Below, in pieces: positions 1-12,846 of a DNA stretch of 64,000 nt. Both the position numbers and the translations under genes were made by a program. Every line of letters starts with the position of its first letter. The first letter of the stretch is position 1. The stretch lies in NCBI GenBank assembly GCA_965112155.1, contig OZ218101.1, one strand, 5' to 3'. Origin of the DNA: Podarcis liolepis (taxonomy: Eukaryota). The notes under the pieces are model-generated. The model searched no databases, was not told the DNA's origin, and was given only the letters and a program-made list of their open reading frames with translations.

Positions 1-1623
1 CTGTTGGAAGTCTCACGGAAGACGGGAGATGGATGTGATGTTATTGTTTCCTGTTCCTTTGTTTTTCCAGTTGCTCTCTGCCTTTCACAGAGAGAGGATG
101 TGTTTTCTGTCCGTGTAATTACGAATAAAACTTTTAGCAATGTAGCCCGTGTTTCTCATCCTTCCCTGCTGCTGGATACTCTGTGTAATGAGTGAACATG
201 CCTGGAGCCTCATCAAAGGCTCAGGTTGTTAATTATCGTCGGAGGAGAGAACGAAGGCCTTGACCAGAGGATGAGCTTTATCAGCTCGGTCATAGTGGAG
301 GCTCCGATACCATCTTGGGGGGGGGGACATCGTGGCTGCCCCCACCCCCACCGCCTGGGACTCTTGGCGCTTGGTGCACACCCCTGGGCCGCTCGCCACT
401 TGCTGGGCACGCCCCAGGACGCGTGTTGCTTGCCGCACACCCCCTGACATGCACCATGCCCACACGGGCAATGTGCCATGCCCCTTGGGATGGGTGCCAC
501 ACCCCCTGCGACGCCCGCCAGCCACGCCCCCGGATGTACTCCACTCGCGGTGCTGGAGCAGGTAGCTCTGCCACTGGTCAAACCATGCCCCCTGGTGTGA
601 ATTAACTTAGCATGACATGCTAGCATATTGATCACGAAGCCGCAGTTCCACAATCCAGCAGATAACGCAGAGTCAAAACTGGGGCAGAAGCGCTAGCATT
701 ACAGCCAGGAAAACAAAGGCAATAGTCCCCACTTCGGACGGCACTTTTAGACAGGTTCATCCTACCTGTAAACACACAATATATTTAAAGTGCATTTCCC
801 CTCCCCACCATCCAAAGAATCCTGAGAACTGTCGTTTGTTAAGGGTGCTGGGATTGCAGCTCTGTGAGGGCAAACTACAGTTCCCCTAATTATTATTTTT
901 TCAGGGTGGGGGGTGGGGGAGCTTGCTTAAAATTTGTAGCGTGACCCGTCAGCCCAAAACAATAAACTGGCACATGAAAGTTTGCAAAGTATTTTGAGCA
1001 TGATTTTTGTGTGTGGAAAAGCAAATGAAATGAACGAATGATTGAAGGAACTCTTTTCTCACATAGCAACATGATCCAGAGGAACACAAGATGCTACCTA
1101 TTGTATGGTAAGACAATTGGCTATCCAACCCAGTTTTGTCTACGCTACATTGACAGGCATCTGCATGGCTTCATCCTGAGTTCTCTTATTTTTGCTCAGA
1201 CTGGCTTTTATATAAAAGCTGAGCAACATATTCTATCTGCATAAATCTCAAGAGGAGCTTCAGCTTAAATCAGAAAACCGTATCTTAACAAGAAAGGGAG
1301 ATTATATTTCATGAGCCTTCACCAAAATCACAACTACATGCTTTGAACAAATGTGCTGCCGTAAATGCAGCATGATTCTTTCTTTCTTTCTTTCTTTTTT
1401 CTTAAATGAAGAATTTAATTTCTTAGGAATATATATAAGGGGAACCCGGTAAGAAAAGGTGTTTCGTTCCATTTTTGCATTTTTCAGTCCTTGTATCCAT
1501 TTCCGTTTCCCTCTGCTCCCTTTTTAACCGAACATTCAAGACTTAGTTGAAACTGAAGATAAGTGTTAACACTTTGTCAAGCATTTGAATCCCTTCCAGC
1601 ATATTGTAGTATAATCCGCTGTC

Positions 1624-1843
1624 NNNNNNNNNNNNNNNNNNNNNNNNNNNNNNNNNNNNNNNNNNNNNNNNNNNNNNNNNNNNNNNNNNNNNNNNNNNNN
1701 NNNNNNNNNNNNNNNNNNNNNNNNNNNNNNNNNNNNNNNNNNNNNNNNNNNNNNNNNNNNNNNNNNNNNNNNNNNNNNNNNNNNNNNNNNNNNNNNNNNN
1801 NNNNNNNNNNNNNNNNNNNNNNNNNNNNNNNNNNNNNNNNNNN
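1624..1843. other. Assembly gap (N-run)
   Basis: 220 consecutive N. Confidence 1.
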
Positions 1844-2330
1844 ACTTGACCTAAAGGTTTTTTCCTCAGAACACACATGCGTGTGGAATTTTTAAAATTC
1901 TGACTGAGTAAATGTGACCAGTGGAAAGAGGATGGGCATTTAACATGCTTGGTATTTTGGTCGCCTCACCATCCGCCAATACCCATGAAAGGCTGGATAA
2001 AAAGTCCTCCTTCGTTTATTTTTAATTTTAGATGTTAACTACATTTGCTAGATATCTCCTCTAGTCCTATTTCATTTCATTTTCATTGTTTTAAGTTCTC
2101 GGTTTTATTTATTTTCATTCTTTTCAACAGCTTTAAAGAAAAAGACCCCTTACTGCTTTTGTAGCAGTGGCAGCTGAGGTCCAGTGCGGCTGCAGGCGAC
2201 TATTGGAGCTTTTTTTACAATGTTAATTTAAATGGGCCAATCATGGCCAGTTAAGAAGGCGGGACTTGGAGGCAGACCTGAGGAGAGCCTGGCTTCTCTC
2301 AGATCCGCCTCCAGCTGAATTAAACTAGGG

Positions 2331-2767
2331 TTGCTGGCAGCAAGAATATTACTGGCACAGAAATGGAAACAAGAAGAATTACCGACGAAAGAAGAGTGGC
2401 AAATGAAATTAATGGACTATGCAGAATTAGACAAATTAACAGGAAGAATTCGAAACATGCAGGACCAGAGATTTTTAGAAGACTGGAGGAAATATTTGAA
2501 CCATCTAAAAAGCAATTGTAATAAACAGATTACGCTAGTAGGACTGCAAGAAGTTCTGTAAGGAGGATTATGTGAAATATTGCAAGGAAGATTATGAAGA
2601 GAATCTTTAGTTAAGGATAATTAAAAGCAATAGAGAAATTAAGAAATGCAGAATAAGTGATAAAGAACAGAAAATCTTCAGAGGTTGTTGATGGAAGTCT
2701 AAAATATTGTATAAGATAAGAATTTATCTTAAATGATTGTTGGAAATATTTTAAAAAATCAATAAAA

Positions 2768-2802
<35 letters not shown>
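2331..2802 (+). mobile_element. 5'-truncated L1/Tx1-clade LINE 3' end
   Basis: ORF2 C-terminus-like peptide AARILLAQKWKQEELPTKEEWQMKLMDYAELDKLT; A-rich 3'UTR; AATAAA at 2761; flanked by direct repeat TGAATTAAACTAGGG (2316-2330 and 2803-2817). Confidence 0.85.
2769..2800. repeat. (TG)n microsatellite forming the tail of the L1 fragment
   Basis: Direct reading. Confidence 0.95.
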
Positions 2803-2804
<2 letters not shown>

Positions 2805-2813
2805 AATTAAACT

Positions 2814-3063
2814 AGGGCTGCCATATTTCAAAAAGTTAAATTCCTGATTTTTTTAAAGAAACCCACCAGCTTTTTGGGGAAGAAACCCCAAATATCCCTC
2901 CAAAATAGTGATTTTGAAACTTTTGAAGCTGTTTCTGCTGCTTTTTCCTTCGCATTGCCATACATCCAGGTTTTCCCAGACATTTTGCAAAATTCGCCCA
3001 TGACGCCATTTTTACACGCGAAAATCAGGACATGTCTGGAATTTTTCCGACGTATGGCAAACC
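2814..3063. mobile_element. Non-autonomous DNA transposon (MITE) with AGGGTTGCCATA-type TIRs
   Basis: Ends AGGGCTGCCATA ... TATGGCAAACCT; related copy at ~55513-55720. Confidence 0.6.
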
Positions 3064-3643
3064 TGATTAAACAGACAATGCTTGGAGCCAGCAGCACAGT
3101 CAGCAATGAACCCACCCACACTGTATGTTTTGGTCCTGCCGTAAGGTAAGTGGGCAGCGCTTGGGTATGACCTTGCTATGGAATTTATCAGTCACCATAA
3201 TGGGGGACAGGGAGCAATTTACCTGCAGACGAATTGGGCCAGTCTGGAGGATTAAGCCTAACTACTTATAGCAACAGTCACAACTTGCTGGCAGAAGAAG
3301 GCATTGGGTTGGATCTTCAGTCTAAACAAAGGGAGGTAGAAAGGAGCCCTACTCTTCATAAACAAAGTATCAGGGTCCCCCGGTAAAGAGGTCCAGGGAG
3401 AAGGTTCTGTTCACATGGTTTCCTGGAGGGATCACCCTATTTCATGTGTATCATGGGAGGCCAGGACTAACCCAGGATCAATTTGGATGAAGTAACCAGC
3501 CAGCAATTGGTTCGGTCGATTGAGGACACATACGCAATGCCTGTGCCAAAACCTACTTACACCTGTAATCAATAAAGCTGTGCCCAATTTCATTCAGCAG
3601 CTTCAGGGATGATGGGAATTGTGGAACAGCAACATCTAGAGGA

Positions 3644-3981
3644 AGGGACACGGGTGGCGCTGTGGGTTAAACCACAGAGCCTAGGGCTTGCCAATCAGAA
3701 GGTCAGCAGTTCGAATCCCTGCAACGGGGTGAGCTCCCATTGCTCGGTCCCTGCTCCTGCCAACCTAGCACTTCAAAAACACGTCAAAGTGTGAGTAGAT
3801 AAATAGGTACTGCTCCTGCGGGAAGGTAAACGGCATTTCTGTGCGCTGCTTCGCCAGAAGTGGCTTAGTCATGCTGGCCTCATGATCCGGAAGCTGTACG
3901 CCAGCTCCTTCAGAGCACCACAACCCCAGTGTCGGCCACGACTGGACCTAATGGTCAGGGGTCCCTTTACCTTTTACCTTT
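3644..3981 (+). mobile_element. Sauria SINE, near full length
   Basis: tRNA-like head GGGACACGGGTGGCGCTGTGG, B-box GTTCGAATCC, (ACCTTT)n tail; 13-bp TSD AACATCTAGAGGA. Confidence 0.93.
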
Positions 3982-6900
3982 AACATCTAGAGGACTGACA
4001 GGTTCCCTTTCTCTGATGCTTTGGCTGGATACTTGTTTGGGGGTGAGGGAGGCAGTGGTGAGCACATCACCGCAAGGAAGACAAGTTGACAGTGTATGGG
4101 GTTAATCAGGCCATTTCTAACGTTAAGTCAATGGGCAGCGTATATGAGCACATCTACTGTAGCTATACTCTACTGCTACGTAGTCTCGTTAAGATTCTTG
4201 GCAAATTCTGTGCATGGTCAATGAGCCAGAAATAGCGCTTAGAGGAGACCTTCCTGGCCATGTGCCATGTTCAGCAATATATCAGGGAACGTTAACCCAT
4301 GACATTCTTACATTACTAGTTATCTAGCTGCAACTGAGACACACCCACTGGTATCGACCAGGAGATGCCAGGAGCAGAGATCTGTGTCCCAGGCCAGCTC
4401 TCCAACCGAAATCCCCAGAAGATTTCATTAGTTTACTTATTTACAGTATTTATAGCCCAATCTTTGTTGTATATTAGCACAGATTCATGCCGCTTTTGTC
4501 CATTCTTTGTTGTCAGCACCATTTTGTTATCGTGTTCCCTCTTTCTAATTTGCCCTAGAATGCTTCAGAACATTTTAAGGAAGTGACTGAATAATATGCA
4601 GCAGGTACATTATTAATTGGATTCAGACGTAACAGACCTCAAATTAAAAATGCTTTAATGTTGTTGTTGTTTAATTATATATGTAGAATTGATTACCATT
4701 TCACATGGGAGTTCCTGATTCCTGAACACATCGGCAGAACACATATAAGCGCACTCCACCCTGTTATGCCCTGCCCCCATTCCATCCTTTTCGTGGCTTT
4801 TTGGTGATGTTTTTGGTCACTTCCAGGTTCAGCTCTGTGTATATGGTCCTCTCAGGTTAATTGCCCTTCCAACCCCCTGGCTATGTCTTCTATTTTGTAC
4901 TGACCATAGCAGGATATATACATAAACGTCAGGGCATACACAACAAAAGCCACTTGAGACCTATTGCCAAAGTGTGGAAAGTCCGTGGCAATTCTGCTTG
5001 CACAGAAGAACAATGACTGGGGAATGCTGGGATCCAGCAATATGAAGATTGAATAATATACCCATCAGAGTTTGGGGAAAGTGTCACACGCACACACACC
5101 AAACTAAAGAAAAGGGACAATAGTGGTGTTTGTGTGCTCTCAAAAACATCTGTTTCCACTTTAGAAGAGACACACACAGTGGCGGAGAGCAGGCAGGGCT
5201 GGCGTGCATCCTGGGGGCATGGCGCACTGCACGCAGGGGTGTGGCACGTGTTCTGGGGGTGGGCAGCTGCGATGGAACCCCACCAGGATTGCACTGCCGG
5301 GGGCAGTGTGCTCCCCCCGCCCTCTCTTCCTACACCAGTGGACACACATGAACCTGGGGTGGGTGGGTGGGTGGGAGCACATCAGTATATGAGCATGTGG
5401 GCTTTCTCTGGATTTGTGATGCAGGGCAGCAGCTCTGCTACCTTACAGGAGATGTGCCTCTTTGCTTCCACTTACGCTCTGCTAGTATAATGCTGTAGTA
5501 TAATATAGTATATATATGCTTTGACTTATATTCTGGTACAAATAGTGATAAAGAAAACAAATAATAAACAAAAGCCGTAAGTCTTCAGTGCTCTCTCATC
5601 TAAACTGCCCTTTGAACTTCTCAATGTTCAAAAAAGTGGGGCTAGCAACACCATCGTATTTTTGCTCTAAATGTTGCCACATTTGTTAAAATGCACCTTG
5701 CCACATGTCCATTCTTTATATGCACAAAAACCTGCACTGGGTTCATTAAACACCTGCCATATTGAGTCATAAAGCCCACAGCGCACTATTTTCACAGGCA
5801 TTTTTTATATCATATTTGAGAATTTAAAACTCTGGCGTTGAAAAAGGACTCAGAGCACAGATTATAAAAAAAGAACAAAAGATGGGTTTAATATTAGCAC
5901 GGGTTTAATATTGGAACCCTGCATCAATTCAGCTGACCTAGGAAAACATACGTCAAAGGCATTTTATTGAATAACAGATATGTTAATCTTAACATGGCAG
6001 TAACAAATTGCAGTGTTAGAAATTTTCCCTTTGATTGACAAATTAGTGATATCCCATGCAAAGCCTGAAAGAAAAGCTTTTGGTGCTTGACAATGATCTT
6101 TGGGCTCTGTGAAGTTAAACAATAGGCAACCCCTCCTTATAGCTTCTTCTGTGCTCGCCTTTGCTATCTGTGTGAATCTGCAGTAGTTATGCAATCAGAA
6201 TAGCTGAATGACCCATAGAGGGAATATTATTCCCTGCCCGTTGTGTCCTTGAAACGTCTTTATCGTCATGTTTTTTTTATTACACTGAAAACCAATGTCA
6301 GCACAACAGTGAGGCTCTTGAAATCTCACTCTAATGCTCGATAATAAGAACGTTAAACAGTGATTTATCCCACATTGTTTTTGTTTGAATTATATTAAAA
6401 TTAAATAATAATAATAATACCATTTGACAAACCTTAATATAGTTTCATTGATATTATTATTAATTAGGAATCACCTGGCAAATTATTGTGCAAGGCCAAA
6501 TGAAGGAGCTGCAATGTCAAATATAATTTGGTTTCGGAAAGATGGGGAGATGCTGAAAGGCGGAAATACTCTAAATTGTGCCGTTCTCTCATTTCAACAG
6601 TTATCAATACCCGGCAACTTGGTAATGTAGCTATTTCAGTACAGATGCCTCATAGGTTTATAAATAGGGACGACACTGACATCACTTTGAAAAGGAGGCT
6701 GTTCCAAGCATGTGTTGCATTAATTGCCTTCTAGAATTTGTGACCTTCTCTCCTGCCAAATATGAGAAACGGTGTCAGTGATGTCGCCTGACAATGAGGT
6801 CATCCTCCTCAACAGCCATGACGCCTGGCATGGAAGCCAGTGGAGCAGTTCATCACTGCAGAACCAGGGAGCAATGGAGGTGCTAGAGAGTTACTTGGCT

Positions 6901-7533
6901 GTGTACGGATTAGAGCATCTACCTGGGCAGGCTTCTCAGGCTCTCGCCTGGCTCTGCCAACCCAGGCTGACTCTTGGATCCTCATAGATTACATTAGCTC
7001 GCATTCATGTTGAAAGCCCCAAATCTTCCAGTACCTCCTTTCCAATGTCAGAAGTGCTGGGATCAACAACAAGAGTTCTCAATGACAGGTAACTGGTAGA
7101 TGTAGCTATTTCACCTCATAGTATGCAAACTATTTCACCTGCTCTTACAAATGAAATAGTTGCTAGCCGTTCACATTGTGTGCGGGGTGTTGGCCAGATT
7201 GCTCCAGCTGCACCCACAGGCAGGGATGGGAATTCTTATAGCCTCAGAAAGCTCTTCTGGAGGACTGCCCAAATACCAGCTACTTATAGCACTCGCCAGG
7301 AGAAGCAGACTTACCTGCCCATCACAATGTGTGGGCAGAAGTGGCTTTGAGGGCGCCCCCGATGGAGATAAGGAACATTGGCATGCTAATGTGCATCCAC
7401 ACAAGCCACCTGGGATAGTCAACATTGTGCTGTAAACTACAACTCCCATGAGTCCCGGGCAGCACGGCCAATGACTAGGCATCATGAGGGTTGTAGTCCA
7501 CAACACCTGGAAAGACCCAAATTGCTAGCCCTG

Positions 7534-8210
7534 TAGTCTTCTGCTTTGGCGATCACTTGTAGCCGAGTAAGATTGTCTTCCATAAACACGGTTTTAACAA
7601 TAAGTCCGTAAGTGACTGTGGAGGCCAATTCTGGATCCACATGTCCTTTCACAGTGGGAACATTGGTTTCCAGGTGGGAATTGATCATGGTGTGGATTTG
7701 CCGAGCATGCCTTCCTCTTAGCACATTTCTCCCTTGCGTCCTGAGTTTGAGTGTCTTCAAAGCCCATGACACCTTTGGTAAAGACTGTTCTCCAATTGGA
7801 GCGCTCGCAGGCAAATGTTTCCCAATTTTTGATGTTTATACTACATTTTTAAAGATTTGCCTTGAGACAGTCTTTAAACCTCTTTTGTTGACCACCAGCA
7901 TTACACTTTCCATTTTCCAGTTTGGAATGGAGTAGTTGCTTTGGAAGACGATAATCAGGCATCCGCACAACATGACCAGTCCAATGAAGCGGATGTTGAA
8001 GAATCATTGCTTCAACACTGGTGGTCTTTGCCTCTTCCAGTACACTGGTATTAGTTCACCTGTCTTCCCAAGTGATGTGTAACATTTTTTGGAGACACCG
8101 TTGATGGAATCTTTCGAGGAGATGGAGATGGGGTTTATAAGTGGTCCATGTTTCACAAGCATACAGTAAGGTTGGGAGTACAATAACTTTGTAAACAAGC
8201 ATTTTGGTTC
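7534..8210 (-). mobile_element. RTE-clade LINE 3' fragment (degenerate ORF C-terminus)
   Basis: Minus-strand translation gives LPTLLYACETW, WTGHVVRMPDYRLPKQLL, KRFKDCLKANLKK and a terminal CxxC...HxxxY-type zinc-finger-like motif (CSHCERTCGSRIGLHSHLRTY); contains stops/frameshift. Confidence 0.85.
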
Positions 8211-9149
8211 CCCTACATTACACCAGTACTGGCCAGGGACAGGGATTTTCCTAGCCCAGAATGAGCCTCTCTGCCCTTCCTGGCATGCATGCACACTGCT
8301 TCATGATTATCTGGCTGCCTATTGGGCCAAGTAGGAGATGATAGATGGATCGTGTCTTTTTTCTTTTTGCCTGCACCACACTGTAATTTTGGAGCTCAGA
8401 ACGGACTCCAAAATGCCATTTGATAGCAGTAAGTGCCAATGGGGCAGTTTTCTTAACTAGCAGTTAGTTGGTCACCCTTCACAGGACTGTGCAGAAAGAA
8501 TCTGGTGAGCATCCCAAAGTACACTTAAGCAGACTAAGAATATCAGAGTCTTGCCATTCAGGGCTGTGGGACCCATGACATGGGATAAGGATTCCACCTG
8601 GGGCCAACCAATTTCAACTACCTGGGGGCCAGAGGGTGTTTCAGGAAATCCTCAATATGTGGGGCTAGTGTCAAGGAATAAAGTGCTTTGCCGGCCCCTA
8701 CATTGCAGGGGGCAGGTGAGTTTCTCTGTCCACAAGTAAATTGAATCCGTAGCAGACTCCGTAATTTAGTTAACTCCCCTCCCACGCTTGAGCTGCAGAT
8801 CCTGCTGTTTTTAAGCTTAAAAACTGTGACCTAGTTACCCAATGCTCCAATATCTTGTCTCTGTACTCTGCCGTGCACTCAGAAAGAAAGCTTCAAAAGC
8901 AGTTGCTGAGGATAGGAAGGGAGATGAAGATGTTGATTGGCTTTGCTTGCCGTCTTCCAGCATTTTCCCTAGCATCAGCATGTTGTCCCACCCACTGGCC
9001 AAGGAATGGGACAACATCTAGATCAGAACAAAGTCCGGTGACAGGATGCCTTAGACAAGAAAAATGATGTTTGAGTGCACCAACTCCTGACACAGGTGCA
9101 CATGGGCAAGGATCCTCACCGAGCTGCGGATTTGCATACACAGGTGCAG

Positions 9150-9660
9150 CACCTCCACCGCCCTTCGACTGGATAGGAAGAACAGACACAACACAGCTTA
9201 ATTGGGTCAAATAAGGCCACAATTTTATTGACTACAGACCTAAGAAGTTTGGCATTGGCATTGGCATTGGCATTGAACATAACCATTGACTCCTGACCCG
9301 CTTACTGGAAGGGTCAACCTGGCAGCAGGGGAGTCCTGTGACTTAAATCAAACAGGCACAGTGGTGGCCAAACTTGGCCCTCCAGCTGTTTTGGGACTAC
9401 AATTCCCATCATCCCTGACCACTGGTCCTGTTAGCTAGGGATGATGGGAGTTGTAGCCCAGAAACAGCTGGAGGGCCATGTTTGGCCACCACTGCAATAA
9501 GGGGACTCCTCACGGATCCCTTTCATGGGATGCCCTATCTTTGGGGGGGGGGCAGGCAGAAATGACAACCTCTCCTCCACCCAAGACACAGGTCTACCCA
9601 GTGCCTAAACTGCCAAAGTTGTGGCGATTGCTATGGCAACTTCACCATAGTGGCCTGTGC
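9150..9660 (-). mobile_element. Probable LTR-like dispersed repeat, interrupted by a MITE
   Basis: Shares GGCCACAA(T/C)TTTATTG (minus-strand AATAAA) and (TTGGCA)n with 42770-42865; ends not resolved. Confidence 0.4.
9359..9494. mobile_element. ~135-bp palindromic hAT-like MITE
   Basis: TIR CAGTGGTGGCCAAAC / GTTTGGCCACCACTG; internal GGACTACAATTCCCATCATCC / GGATGATGGGAGTTGTAG inverted repeat; TSD not clean. Confidence 0.85.
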
Positions 9661-9724
9661 CGCTGCAGCTTTCTCTGTGATGTTTCACATCGCATTGTCT
9701 GGATCAACAGAGCTTCATTTAAGT

Positions 9725-9969
9725 CAGGGGTCAGCAAGCTTTTTCAGCAGGGGGCCGGTCCACTGTCCCTCAGACCTTGTGGGGGGGCGGACTATATTTT
9801 GAAGGGGGGGAAATGAACAAATTCCTATGCCCCACAAATAGATGCATTTTAAATAAAAGCACACATTCTACTCATGTAAGAACATGCCAATTCCTGGACC
9901 TTCTACTGGCTGGATTTAGAAGGCGATTGGGCCAGATCCGGCCCCCGGACCTTAGTTTGCCTACCCTTG
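9725..9969. mobile_element. hAT-type non-autonomous transposon
   Basis: CAGGGGTCAGCAA ... TTGCCTACCCTTG ends; perfect 8-bp TSD ATTTAAGT. Confidence 0.88.
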
Positions 9970-11621
9970 ATTTAAGTTCTCTGATCTCCTGCCTTTTCTC
10001 TACCAGTGACACACCTCAGTTAGGACCTCTTTAAAAAAAACCACAAAAAACACCTGCCAAACCAAACCAAACCAAACCACTACCACCTCAATTCTGAGAG
10101 CAGAATGTGGTAGCATTTGGTATTTAAGTAACAGAGTTGGACTGGTACTGGGGTGTTATTCATATGGCTGCAGAATGCAGAGAAACAAAAAGCATTTCCC
10201 CCCTTTAAATTGTCAAAGGTTAGCCCCAAGCAAATTCTTATTATTAATTCACAATCTCATAAAAATAGGGCTTTATAAATGAAAACATTGACAGACCCTT
10301 AGCTATCACGGCGCAACGGGGAATAGCTATAAACAACATTTTTATTCCTCCAGCATACCTTACCCTTGAAAGTTTACACTAATTACCTGTAGTTTTGTTA
10401 ATGTTTTCAGCTGCCCTTCATCTCTCTCAGCCAGACATACCATTCAGCTTCTCCAACAGATATATGCAACAGCTTCTGTTCACACCTGACATCAATTTCC
10501 TTTGATGTTCACAGTCTAAATGAGAATGCTACAGCAAGCTGTATTTGTGAAGTATACAGGATGCCTTTAAAACGGTGGCAGGTATTTTCCTCATTAAAGC
10601 AGCCATAACAGATAGTTAGATATGACGCTGTCCCTCACCTTCCTTCTAATTAATGACTATGATTGCAACCCAAATAAGATCAGGCAATTAAATGTGATAA
10701 CATTTCAGAAGCGAAGAAAATATACAACAATCTTTGGAATGGCTTCCTGTAGATAAATAAAGTTGATCTTAGTGAAATTAACATATAATTGTACTATTCT
10801 ATCAAAAAACGGCATGAACCAAAGAATGTAATAATTTTGTTTTTAATTGAAACATGAGCTAGTCTAGTGGCTGAAACCAGAAGCAACTCCACATCTGTTT
10901 TATAGTCTCCATTTGGATATTATCACAAAAGTTTGGGCTCATCAAACACATTTGTGAATAAGCAATCTCTTGCCGAAGAGGAAAACAAAAGCAAACTAAT
11001 CTCTCTTTCTCCACCTATAACAGTCTGAAATCACACACAAAGGCTTTGTAGTGTGTGCTGCTCATTTTATAGCTCATTTAGACCTAGCATTACGGCATAT
11101 TTAGCAACAGCCTCTGTCCAGAAGTAACCATTTATATCTTTAGATTACTTTATATTTTTTCTGCAGACCAATGTCAGTTGCCATCATTAAGATGTAAGTT
11201 GTAAAAATAAAAAAGTAGCATTGTGGTGGATTGTGAGAGAGGAAAGTGTGTTTATATCTTTTGGAGTTATTTTAAAAATGTGCTTTTGAGGATGGCACAG
11301 TTCCTTAAGGGCAAGTGAATGATTCCCTGCCGCATCAGACCAAAGGCTTGTCTAGTCTCAACATTCTCTTTCTGACAGTGGACAACAGATGCCTTTGGGG
11401 AAACCATGAGCAGGGCAGGGGAACAAGAGCATTCATCCCACTTGTGATTCTCAGCAACTGGTATTCAGAAGCATATTGTTTCTGCTAAAACATCGGATCA
11501 GGTTTCAAAAAGTTTCATTTCGCTTGAAAATGGTGCATGTGTTTGCTTTGGCATACGTCAAATGTTCTGTTCTACAATTCAGCTGGAATTTCATTTTTAA
11601 ACTGTATCCACTGTGCCGCTT

Positions 11622-11957
11622 GGACTTGCCAATCGAAAGGTCAGTAGTTCGAATCCCCGGAACAGGGTGAGCGCCCGTTGCTTGGTCCCTGCTCCTGCCA
11701 ACCTAGCAGTTCGAAAGCATGTCAAAGTGCAAGTAGATAAATAGGTACCGCTCTGGCAGGAAGGTAAACGGTGTTTCCGTGTGCTGCTCTGGTTTCGCCA
11801 GAAGCGGCTTAGTCATGTTGGCCACATGACTCGGAAAAACTGTCTGCAGAAGTGGACAAACGTTGGCTCCCTCGGCCAGTAAAGCGAGATGAGTGGTGCA
11901 ACCCCAGAGTCGTTCGTGACTGGACTTAACTGTCAGGGGTCCTTTATCTTTACCTTT
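11622..11957 (+). mobile_element. Sauria SINE, 5'-truncated
   Basis: B-box GTTCGAATCC, body CTGCCAACCTAGCAGTTCGAAAGCA, ACCTTT tail. Confidence 0.9.
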
Positions 11958-11963
11958 TAACAC

Positions 11964-12236
11964 AGGTAAAGGTGAAAAGGTAAAGGACCCATGGATGGTT
12001 AAGTCCAGTCAAACTTCACGATGGGGTTGTGGCGCTCAACTCTGCTTTCAGACTGAGGGTGCCGATGTTTGTCCACACACAGCTTTCCGGGTCATGTGGC
12101 CAGCATGACAAAACAACTTCTGGCACAAGGGAACACTGTAACGAGTGCCAGAGTGCACAGAAATGGCATTTACCTTTTTGCCAGACCTATTTATCTACTG
12201 GCGCTGGTATGCTTTCGAACTGCTAGGTTGGCAGGA
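11964..12236 (-). mobile_element. Sauria SINE, divergent subfamily, truncated
   Basis: AAAGGT tail on plus strand; CTTTCGAACTGCTAGGTTGGCAGGA body. Confidence 0.85.
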
Positions 12237-12615
12237 TATATCCTAATAATACGGATGGTATTGGTCATATCCTCCAGTTTTTCTCAATTCACAGCTCTGT
12301 ATGGCCTTTGTGATGTAGGATGGCTTTGTCTCTTCTAAAACATGGTCTGAGACTTCATTACATTGCCTCCCCTGTTCCCCATACCTTAAGTATAGTAGTG
12401 GATGGTGTTATGTGGGGAGGGGGCAGGCAGTTACCTGGGTATCCACCAGGTGAGTTGCTGCGGCTTACAGGGAGGTGGAGTAGTGAGGCAGCATTGAGAT
12501 CAGCATGTTGCAAATACACCAGCAGAGACAATTCAGTGCTCCTTCCAGTGTGTTTCTACCAATCTGAGTTCCCTGCTGCCTTGCCCCATATTCTTTCCCT
12601 CCTGATAAGTGACAG

Positions 12616-12824
12616 CATCTTAAAAAGCAGAGACATCACCTTGCCAACAAAGGTCCTTATAGTTAAAGCTATGGTTTTCCCAGTAGTGATGTATGGAAGT
12701 GAGAGCTGGACCATAAAGAAGGCTGATCGCCGAAGAATTGATGCTTTTGAATTATGGTGCTGGAGGAGACTCTTGAGAGTCCCATGGACTGCAAGAAGAG
12801 CAAACCTATAAATTATTAAGGAAA
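12616..12824 (+). mobile_element. BovB/RTE LINE 3' fragment, 5' half (host of CR1)
   Basis: Peptide SILKSRDITLPTKVLIVKAMVFPVVMYGSESWTIKKADRRRIDAFELWCWRRLLRVPWTARR; left TSD AAGTGACAG (12607-12615). Confidence 0.92.
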
Positions 12825-12846
12825 CAAACAAGATGAGCTTGAGCTC

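Noticed and set aside
213-653. Cluster of overlapping GC-rich ORFs
   Set aside because: Stop-poor GC-rich dispersed repeat (similar to 5180-5340); no protein homology recognised.
1543-1895. ORFs spanning the N-run (also 52204-52557)
   Set aside because: Artefacts of assembly gaps.
7308-7410. Minus-strand exon with consensus CAG|GTAAGT donor
   Set aside because: Weak acceptor, two of three frames closed, remaining peptide unrecognised; isolated donor-like motifs (also 3146, 16158, 56213) are expected by chance.
9359-9494. Short hairpins as miRNA precursors or terminators
   Set aside because: Explained by multicopy palindromic MITEs (also 17123, 41348 and decayed copies at ~7435, 16320, 27550, 53640).
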